Positions 47,646-54,617 of a stretch of DNA of 64,000 bases are shown piece after piece. Under the pieces are notes generated by a model that was not told the DNA's origin, ran no database searches, and saw only the letters and a program-made list of their open reading frames with translations. Both the position numbers and the translations under genes were made by a program. Positions within the stretch are counted from its first letter, which is position 1; every line of letters starts with the position of its first letter. Origin of the DNA: Planctomycetota bacterium (GTDB lineage: Bacteria; Planctomycetota; SZUA-567; H5-PLA8); assembly GCA_023150555.1 (NCBI GenBank), contig JAKLKQ010000006.1, forward strand, positions 51,726 to 115,725. Reading direction: 5' to 3'.

Positions 47646-48266
47646 TTACGCGCGCGCCGCGTTGCTCTCTCCGTCCTCCGCTACGCGCCGCGCTGCCATG
47701 CGTCCCGAATTATCCGTCGAATTCGCATCGAAATTCGCCGCTTCCTTCGCGCCGTCCGCCTTCATTTCCGTGCGCATCGCCTGCATGGCCTTGTGAAGGA
47801 GGAAGCCGACGTTGGTGACGCTGCGCCCGGTGACGCGCGCGATCTCGCGGTAGCTCAGGCCGTGCTGGAACTTCAGCCGCACCACTTCCTGCTGCAGCGC
47901 AGGCAATTTGACGAGCGCCTCGCGCATGCGCGCGCCGTCTTCGCGGTGCTCGGCGAGGGCGTTCGGTTCGGGCGTGAGGGCTTCCTTCTGCGCGAGCGCC
48001 ACTGAGGCGCTGCGCAGCCGGCGGTCCTTGCGGTGGGCGTCGATGGCGCGGCTGCGGCAGACGGTGTAGAGGCGTTCGCGGAGGTTGCCGTTCAGCGAAC
48101 CGGGGTCCTGGCGGCAGAGCCAGAGGAAGGTCTCCTGCACGGCGTCGCGCGCGCGGTCGGGATCGCCGGTCAGGCGCTGGGCGTAGTGCTCCAGCGGCCC
48201 CCCGAAGCGTTCGAGGGCCTCGCCGACCCAGCGGGTCGCATCGGCCTGGCTATCCACCGCGCTCAT
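47646..48266 (-). CDS. ECF RNA polymerase sigma factor
   Basis: Sigma70 region 2 (ERFGGPLEHYAQRLTGDPDRARDAVQETFLWL) and region 4 (LQQEVVRLKFQHGLSYREIARVTGRSVTNVGFLLHKAM). The track ORF extends to 48320. Confidence 0.8.
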   Translation of the reverse strand: MSAVDSQADATRWVGEALERFGGPLEHYAQRLTGDPDRARDAVQETFLWLCRQDPGSLNGNLRERLYTVCRSRAIDAHRKDRRLRSASVALAQKEALTPEPNALAEHREDGARMREALVKLPALQQEVVRLKFQHGLSYREIARVTGRSVTNVGFLLHKAMQAMRTEMKADGAKEAANFDANSTDNSGRMAARRVAEDGESNAARA

Positions 48267-48394
48267 TTCGATTCGCTCGGGCTCCGCTCCCCTGCGCCCG
48301 CCACCGCTTTCGCCCCCCACTACGGATGAGAGCGACTTTTCTTAGCGCCTCCGGACCGAATTCCGAGAATTCCGGCGTCGCGAAAGGCTTGCCA

Positions 48395-48530
48395 TGGCCT
48401 GTTCCGGAACCCTAATGAGAGTCTAATAGTTCACGTGAAACTTTTTTGCGATTATCTGCATAACGCCTTTACAGAAAAGGACTGCTCTGTGTGCAAAGCG
48501 TTACACTGCACGAAGTAGGCTAGGGAATTG
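48395..48530 (-). repeat. AT-rich conserved non-coding element, copy 2 (homolog of 23030-23130)
   Basis: The minus strand reads CTTCGTGCAGTGTAACGCTTTGCACACAGAG ... AAAAAAGTTTCACGTGAACTATT, collinear with copy 1. It lies between the dciA-like gene and the ECF sigma gene, next to a GTTCCGGAAC palindrome. Confidence 0.5.
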
Positions 48531-48551
48531 TTATCCTTACTCCGGTAACGG

Positions 48552-48878
48552 TTACGCGTCGCCGCTCGCCAGCTTTACGCGGACCTCGCGCACGGCCAAC
48601 CCGGCGGCGCGGAAGGCGTCGAGCAGTTCTTGGCGGCGGTAGCCTTCGAGTTCCTGAAAGAGCGCCGCGCTGTCGGCTTCGACGGTCACGACGCCGGTCT
48701 TGACACTCAGCACGTCGGCGTGCGGCGCGAGTTTCTCGCCGAGGATCTCGGCGAGGACCTTGCGCGCGAGGCGGCGGCCCTGGAGCTGGCGCTTGCCCAG
48801 GCCTTCCTTGCGCACGACGCCCTTAAGGATGTCGCCGAGGCCCTGCGCGGGAGCGGGTTTCTTGCGTTCGCTGGCCAT
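48552..48878 (-). CDS. dciA: DUF721 / DciA-like small protein
   Basis: About 108 aa with GLGDILKG...LAPHADVLSVKTGVVTVEADSAALFQELEGYRRQELLDAF, matching the DUF721 pattern. Same operon as dnaN. The upstream Arg-rich part of the 48552..49307 track ORF is rejected. Confidence 0.55.
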   Translation of the reverse strand: MASERKKPAPAQGLGDILKGVVRKEGLGKRQLQGRRLARKVLAEILGEKLAPHADVLSVKTGVVTVEADSAALFQELEGYRRQELLDAFRAAGLAVREVRVKLASGDA

Positions 48879-48888
48879 GCGCGTGCGC

Positions 48889-50025
48889 CTACCGGACCGA
48901 GAACTCCTGCGTGCTGGACGGCACCACCTGCCATACCTGGATGCTCTCGTCCTGCCCGCCGCTGGCGACGCGCGTGCCGTCGGAGCTGAACGCCAGCGCG
49001 GTGACCCAGCCGATGTGGGGCTCGAGCGTGAAGCGGCAGCCGCCGCTGGCGGTGTCCCACGCCTGGATCTGGCGCAGGCTGCCGGCGAGTACGAACTTGC
49101 CGTCGGGCGTAAAGGCCAGCGCCGTGACGCGCACCTTCGCGCCCTTGAGTTCGAACGCGACGCCCTTCTTCGCGACGCTCCAGAGCTGAAAAATGGGCTG
49201 CTGCCCGCCCACGGCGAGGAAGCGGCCGTCGCCCGAGTACGCCAGCGCCGCGATGCCCGGGCCGCCGTCCTTGAAGTTCGGCGCAGCCTGGCAGAGCACC
49301 TGCCCATCGGCGAGCGTCACGACCGCGAAGGCTTCGGTCGCGTCGCCGATGCCCATGCCGGGGTTGATGGCGTGCAGGGCGGCGGACTTCCCGTCGTGCG
49401 ACGGCAGGATCGCGCTCACGGCGGGCAAAGGCAGCGCGCAGGCGTGCAGGGGTTTGCCCGTGGCGGCGGCGAGCACGCGCAGCTGCTTGGGCACGGCCAG
49501 CACCAGGGCCTGGCCGCCGGGCGAGTAGGCGCCCAGCGTGGCGCCGCTGCAGTCGAAGCCCGGCACCGCAGTCTTGGAGGCTACGTCGAGCAGTTCGGCC
49601 TTGCGCCCCAGCAGGTCGACCAGCAGCAGGCGCTTGCCGTCGGGCGAGAGCGCGCCGCTTTTGCCGGAGAACTCGCCGGCCAATTTGGGTTCGGCGCCGG
49701 GGCTTTTGGGCAGCTCCCAGACCTTCACGTGCCCGCCGCCGGCGCTGAGCAACCGCGGCGAGGCCGCGGCGAACTGCAGGCGCTCGACGCCCTTGCCGTG
49801 CTTGAATACGTAGCCGCCTCCCTTGGGTGCGGCGGGCGCGGCTGCCTTGGGCGCGCCGGACGCCTTGGACGGCTGCGCGGTTTCGAGGGCGGCGTTATCG
49901 GTCTTCAGGCTGGCTTTGGAATCGCTCTTGGCGGGCGCCTTGGGCATTCCGCCGCCGCCGGCCGCGAAGTAGAAGATGCCGCCGATGGCCAGCGCCACCG
50001 CCGCGAGCAAAATGGCCGTGCGCAT
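48889..50025 (-). CDS. WD40-repeat protein with N-terminal membrane anchor
   Basis: TM helix TAILLAAVALAIGGIFYF, an Ala/Pro/Lys-rich linker, then repeated beta-propeller blades (GHVKVWEL, QIQAWDT, SIQVWQV). Confidence 0.7.
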   Translation of the reverse strand: MRTAILLAAVALAIGGIFYFAAGGGGMPKAPAKSDSKASLKTDNAALETAQPSKASGAPKAAAPAAPKGGGYVFKHGKGVERLQFAAASPRLLSAGGGHVKVWELPKSPGAEPKLAGEFSGKSGALSPDGKRLLLVDLLGRKAELLDVASKTAVPGFDCSGATLGAYSPGGQALVLAVPKQLRVLAAATGKPLHACALPLPAVSAILPSHDGKSAALHAINPGMGIGDATEAFAVVTLADGQVLCQAAPNFKDGGPGIAALAYSGDGRFLAVGGQQPIFQLWSVAKKGVAFELKGAKVRVTALAFTPDGKFVLAGSLRQIQAWDTASGGCRFTLEPHIGWVTALAFSSDGTRVASGGQDESIQVWQVVPSSTQEFSVR

Positions 50026-50038
50026 GGCCGCCGCCGCG

Positions 50039-51148
50039 CTAGTCCTTCCCGCTGACGGGCATCAGGACGTAGAGGTAGTCGGTGCCTTCGCGGATCACGC
50101 CGGGGCGCGCGCCGTCCTTCATCTCGATGCGCACGGTCTCGGCGTCGAGGGCCTTCAGACAGTCCTGCACGAACTGCGGGTTGAATCCGATGGTCAGGGC
50201 CTCGCCTTCGTATTCGACCTCGACGGTGACGGCGGCGACGCCCTTGTCGGGGCTGCGCGCCTCGATCAGGCACGTGCCGGGGCTGAAGGTCATGTTGACG
50301 GTGCGGGTGTCGTCGCTGGTTAGGAAGACGGCCTTGCGCAGGGCGTGCTGCATGGCCTCGCGCTTGAAGGTGGCTTCGTGGTCGCTGTCCTTCGGGATGA
50401 CCTGCTGGTACTTGGGGAAGATGCCTTCGACAAGCAGGCTGCTGAGCGTCACGTCGCCGCCTCGCACCAGGAAGTTGCGCCCGCGCACGGCCAGTTCGAC
50501 GTTCTCGCCTTCGGCGATCGGATCGCAGAGCTTGCGTACTTCCTGCATCATCTTGACGGGCACGATCACGCCGTCTTCCAGCGTTCCGCTGCCCTTCAGC
50601 TTGCGCTTGCAGTAGGCCAGGCGGCGGCCGTCGGTAGCGACGACTTCCAGCGTCTTGTCCTTGAACTGCATGTACACGCCGTTGATCGCGAAGCGGCCCT
50701 GTTCGCGCGCGGCGGCAAAGAGCGTGCGGTCAATGATGCGGGCGATCTCGCTGGCGGGCACCGGCAGCGTGGCGCCGTCGCCCAGGTCCGGAACGTCCGG
50801 GAAGTCGCTCGACTCCTGCCCGACGATCTCGAAGCGGTCGCGCCCGACGGTAAGGATGCCCTTGGCGCCCTCGGTCTCCAGCGTGACCACGTCCTCGGTG
50901 CATTCCTTTAGCAGGCCGGCCAGCGTGGTGCAGGGCAGGCACAGCGAGGCGGGATTCTTGACGGACTCGGCCTTGAGCTTGTAGCGCAGGCCCACTTCCA
51001 GGTCCGTGGCCTGGATCTCGAGGTTGCCGTCTTTGTCGGCGACCAGCAGCGCATTCTTGAGATTCTGGCGCACGCCGCGCAGCGGGACGACGGCGGCGGC
51101 CGCCGAAAGAGCAGCGGTGAAGGGTTCGCGCTTGACGACGAGTTTCAT
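50039..51148 (-). CDS. dnaN: DNA polymerase III beta subunit (sliding clamp)
   Basis: About 370 aa. The start MKLVVKREPF and a three-domain beta-clamp pattern (LEIQATDLEVGLRY, FAINGVYMQFKDKTLEVVATDGRRLA, IGFNPQFVQDCLKAL). Confidence 0.85.
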   Translation of the reverse strand: MKLVVKREPFTAALSAAAAVVPLRGVRQNLKNALLVADKDGNLEIQATDLEVGLRYKLKAESVKNPASLCLPCTTLAGLLKECTEDVVTLETEGAKGILTVGRDRFEIVGQESSDFPDVPDLGDGATLPVPASEIARIIDRTLFAAAREQGRFAINGVYMQFKDKTLEVVATDGRRLAYCKRKLKGSGTLEDGVIVPVKMMQEVRKLCDPIAEGENVELAVRGRNFLVRGGDVTLSSLLVEGIFPKYQQVIPKDSDHEATFKREAMQHALRKAVFLTSDDTRTVNMTFSPGTCLIEARSPDKGVAAVTVEVEYEGEALTIGFNPQFVQDCLKALDAETVRIEMKDGARPGVIREGTDYLYVLMPVSGKD

Positions 51149-51909
51149 GGCTTGCTTCTCCTTAACGCCGTCGCTGTTCATACGCAAGCTTGGGCGGTTT
51201 CTTGATCTTGTCCGTGCTGTTCTTGCCGTTCCTTTATAGTAATTAATCTATTCCCTCTTACCTCTTATAGGGCCGCTCCGGATGTGGATAAGTCCGTCGG
51301 CTTCGAGGCAAGCGGTTCATGCCAAAGGAATTGTACCTTTCAACCTCACCCGGTGCACATGTGAAAAGAGCCGGGGCCTTCTTCGCGCCGACTGTTCATC
51401 CCGGAGAACAATCCACACGGCCCTTTTCGCGCGCGCGCGGGAAGATATTGGAGCCGGCGTGAAGCCGGACACCAGCGCTTGCGTTCGCGGGGCTTTCCAC
51501 GGCTGCGAAAGCCCCAACGCCCAAGCGCGCCTGGGCGTGGACGAATCTGGAAAAGAGCAGAGGCTTTCCCGAACTCTTCCACGGCCTGCATCGCGTCCGC
51601 AGCATTCGTTCCGCCGCCGATCCTTCCGCGATTCACGGGTTTTCAACAGCGCCAAATGGCGCGCATGTCGAAGATCCCGGCGTGCTGCGCTCAACGGCAC
51701 GGGCAGTCTATGCCAAACAAGGCTCGGGTCAAAGTCTTTAGGGTAAGAAACGTCAGCTATAAGGGCTAAGGAGCAAACGGTTTTAGGGCTTCCGATGCAC
51801 CATGTTCCGTGCTACTCTAAAGGCTGCACTTCGGCGGGATTACCGAAAAATAGGGGCCTAAAAGCGTTCGCCGCGACGTCTATGGAGAGGCTTTAAGGAC
51901 GAAGCCGCA
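51149..51909. other. Candidate chromosomal replication origin region (oriC) upstream of dnaN
   Basis: A 760-bp non-coding gap with a perfect DnaA box TGTGGATAA (51283-51291), a weaker box cAATCCACA (51409-51417), and an AT-rich stretch CCTTTATAGTAATTAATCTATT (51231-51252). Confidence 0.35.
51283..51291. promoter_or_regulatory. Perfect DnaA box (TTATCCACA, on the complementary strand)
   Basis: An exact 9-mer consensus 30 bp from an AT-rich tract, upstream of dnaN. Confidence 0.45.
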
Positions 51910-53112
51910 TTGCCATACCGCTTTCAGGAGGACGTTTCCTTGGTAGCACGTCGTTTCTGGTTCATTGCCGTTGCGGCGCTGCTGCTGGCCGGAGGCCTGG
52001 GCCGCGCGGCGCGCGCGTCGGAAGTATTCGACGACGAGAAGCTGATCAAGCTGCTCGAGGCGGGCCTGAGTTGGACCGTGATCCAGCGCAAGATCGACGT
52101 ATCGGAAAGCTTCCTGACCGACAGCACCGAGCAGATGATGAGGATCCAGCAGACGGCCAAGAAGGCCGGCGTGCTGACCGAAGGCGACATCAACAACCTG
52201 CAGCTGAAGATCCTCGAGGTCGCCAGCAAGCAGAAGGATCTGGTCAAGAACGGCGTCACCAAGTTCATGAACGCCGCGGTGAACAGCAAGCCCGGCGAAC
52301 AGGAATACGACGCGGCCATGCGCGACGTCCTGCGCGTGGGGCCCGCGTGTGTTCCCGAACTGCGCACGTACCTGCAGAGCGAGAACGAACTGAAGCGCAT
52401 CGCCGCGCTGCACGCCTACGAGAAGATCGCCGACAAGAGCGCCCCCGTCGTGCAGGACGCCTGGATGATGCTCACCGACCGCATCCCCGCCGTGCGTGCC
52501 CAGGCCGCCAAGGCCTTCGCCGCGCTGGCCGACGAGAAGTCCGTCGCCGGCTGCATCGAGGCCCTGCAGGCGCCCAAGACGAACCTGCTCGACGGCTACG
52601 CCCTCTCGCTGGGCTACGTGCGCAGCAAGTCCGCGCTGCCGGTGCTGGTCAAGACGCTCTCGGCCCGCGAGAACGGCAAGGAAGCGCGCTTCGCCGCGGC
52701 CTTCGCGCTGGGCGAGTTGGGCGTGAAGGACGACGGCGCCAAGGCCGCGCTGCTCGAAGCCGTGCTGGACGAATCCGATGATGCGCTGCGCGCCGCCGCC
52801 GCGCAGGCCCTGGGCAAGCTGGGCGTGATGGAAGCGCTGGCGCACATCAAGCGCGCCTACGACCGATTCGGGAAGGGCCGCGAGGCCCTGGTGTACGAAC
52901 TCAGCAACTTCCGCTCGCGCGAGACGATGGAGTTCCTGATCTACACCTGCCTCGACAGCGACAAGAACGACGTGCGCATCAGCACCGTGCACGCGCTGAA
53001 CAAGCTCACCGGCGAAGACTACAAGAACCCCGAGGACTGGAAGATCTGGTGGGAAGCCAACAAGGAGACCCCCGAGTGGGTCGCCACCGGGAAGACGACG
53101 AAGGCGCCGTAG
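51910..53112 (+). CDS. HEAT/PBS-lyase-like repeat protein, secreted or membrane-anchored (hypothetical)
   Basis: N-terminal hydrophobic segment, then repeated AxxAAxALGxLG HEAT-like units. Non-ATG (TTG) start. A possible alternative TTG at 51940 is preceded by an aggagga RBS. Confidence 0.65.
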   Translation: MPYRFQEDVSLVARRFWFIAVAALLLAGGLGRAARASEVFDDEKLIKLLEAGLSWTVIQRKIDVSESFLTDSTEQMMRIQQTAKKAGVLTEGDINNLQLKILEVASKQKDLVKNGVTKFMNAAVNSKPGEQEYDAAMRDVLRVGPACVPELRTYLQSENELKRIAALHAYEKIADKSAPVVQDAWMMLTDRIPAVRAQAAKAFAALADEKSVAGCIEALQAPKTNLLDGYALSLGYVRSKSALPVLVKTLSARENGKEARFAAAFALGELGVKDDGAKAALLEAVLDESDDALRAAAAQALGKLGVMEALAHIKRAYDRFGKGREALVYELSNFRSRETMEFLIYTCLDSDKNDVRISTVHALNKLTGEDYKNPEDWKIWWEANKETPEWVATGKTTKAP

Positions 53113-53181
53113 GACGGCAGCGTTTAGCTATCGGCTTTCAGCTAAAACAACGGCTCAGTTGTCAATTGTCATCTACAGGTG

Positions 53182-53505
53182 TCATTTTTCATTGAGCGCA
53201 GGCGAGTTTCCTTTCCTTAACAGCCATTCCATGATCCGCGCAATGCCGATCATGATCAGCAAGCCGATTATGACGTTCCCAAAAACAAAGAAGGGATCGA
53301 AGCATATACCCGCACCCAGTTCCAGTCCTCGTTTGTAAACGGGCAGCGGGAAGCCCCAATTATGAACGCATTCGCCGTCCACCGTTATCATTTCTCCCGA
53401 AACCATGTTCGCCCAGATCAAGAGCCCGGCGACAAACATCAGCACGATGCACGTCAGCAGCCGAAGCTGGAACCAGGGGCGTTTGGTTTGTGGTTCGTCG
53501 CTCAT
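53182..53505 (-). CDS. Small membrane protein (hypothetical) in a low-GC island
   Basis: Two predicted TM helices (LLTCIVLMFVAGLLIW, VFGNVIIGLLIMIGIA). Local GC is markedly lower than the flanks. The track ORF extends to 53562. Confidence 0.5.
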   Translation of the reverse strand: MSDEPQTKRPWFQLRLLTCIVLMFVAGLLIWANMVSGEMITVDGECVHNWGFPLPVYKRGLELGAGICFDPFFVFGNVIIGLLIMIGIARIMEWLLRKGNSPALNEK

Positions 53506-53533
53506 GCTCTTCTCAATGACAAATGAAAGGTGA

Positions 53534-54490
53534 TCAGCTCCACGCCGCGCGCAATCCATCAAACAGCGCCGCGAAGGCGCGCGACTCCTCCGTGCCCGAG
53601 CGGTAGACGACGCCGAACGAGAGCGCCCCGCCTTTCAGCCGCTCGCTGACGTCGAAGGCCACGGTGTTCGGTTCGCGCGGCAGCGCGGCTTCGGTCTCCT
53701 CGGTATCGTTGCGCTTTGCTTTCCCGTCCTTCGCATTCTTCGTCCAATGCAGGTACGGCACGAAGGCCGGCGCCACGCCCTGCCGCACCAGCGCGCGCAT
53801 CGTCTGCGCGAAGGTCACTTCCGCCGCGATCTTCAGGCGCCCACCGGCTTCCTGCAGCAGGCGTTCGGTCAGCACGCGCCCCGGCGAGTCGCCCTCGTAG
53901 GCGATCAGCCCGTGCGGCGCCAGTTCCTGCGGCGTGGGCTTGCGCCCCAGCGCCGCCAGCGGGTGGTTGCGCGGCACCAGCAGCGCAGCGCCGATGCGCC
54001 CCAGCGGCTTCCAGTTCAGGCCCGGCGGGCCTTTCAGCAGCAGCACCAGCCCCGCGTCGGCGTGCCCGCTGCGCACGCGTTCGACGATCTCCGCCGTGGC
54101 GAGTTCCTCGACGCGGACCACCAGGCCCGGGCACTTCTTCTGCGCGTGCCGCAGCGCCGGCGGCAGCGCTTCCATCGCCAGGAACTGGTCCGACGCGAGC
54201 ACCAGCGGCGCGGCGCCGCCGGTCGCGACGCGTTCCAGCACCTTCGGCAGGCCCTCGAAGAACGGCGCGACGAACGCGAACAGCGCGCGGCCTTCGGGCG
54301 TCAGCTCGGTGCGCCGCGGCCCCGCCTGCCGCACCAGCGCCACGCCCAGGGCCTCCTGCAGGCCCTTCACCTGCTGGTAGACCGCCGGCTGCCCGATGGG
54401 GTACGGGAAGGCCTGCGCCGCCTTCGTGTAGCCGCCCTCGCGCGCGACGTGAAAGAAGCCTTCGAGCTGGTGGATGCGGACGTCGGGCAT
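53534..54490 (-). CDS. LysR-family transcriptional regulator
   Basis: N-terminal HTH (IHQLEGFFHVAREGGYTKAAQAF...QVKGLQEALGVALV) and a LysR substrate-binding domain. Confidence 0.8.
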   Translation of the reverse strand: MPDVRIHQLEGFFHVAREGGYTKAAQAFPYPIGQPAVYQQVKGLQEALGVALVRQAGPRRTELTPEGRALFAFVAPFFEGLPKVLERVATGGAAPLVLASDQFLAMEALPPALRHAQKKCPGLVVRVEELATAEIVERVRSGHADAGLVLLLKGPPGLNWKPLGRIGAALLVPRNHPLAALGRKPTPQELAPHGLIAYEGDSPGRVLTERLLQEAGGRLKIAAEVTFAQTMRALVRQGVAPAFVPYLHWTKNAKDGKAKRNDTEETEAALPREPNTVAFDVSERLKGGALSFGVVYRSGTEESRAFAALFDGLRAAWS

Positions 54491-54514
54491 GGCCGGTTCT
54501 CCTATCAACTGCAT

Positions 54515-54532
54515 TGATACTACTTTTAATCA
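54515..54532. promoter_or_regulatory. LysR-type box TGAT-N10-ATCA in the divergent promoter region
   Basis: An inverted-repeat T-N11-A motif 25 bp upstream of the LysR start, inside an AT-rich 127-bp divergent region. Confidence 0.4.
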
Positions 54533-54617
54533 CTATTGTTTTAAAGAATATTTTGCTTTGCGTAAGAATCGCCCCGAACGGGAGCGCAGGCCGCGCCCCG
54601 CCCCGGAGGACCGAGCC

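Noticed and set aside
48552-49307. Full 251-aa extent of the minus ORF ending at 48552
   Set aside because: The N-terminal 143 residues are Arg/Ser/Ala-rich and overlap the WD40 gene in another frame. Only the last 108 codons (from ATG at 48878), which match the DUF721/DciA pattern, are called.
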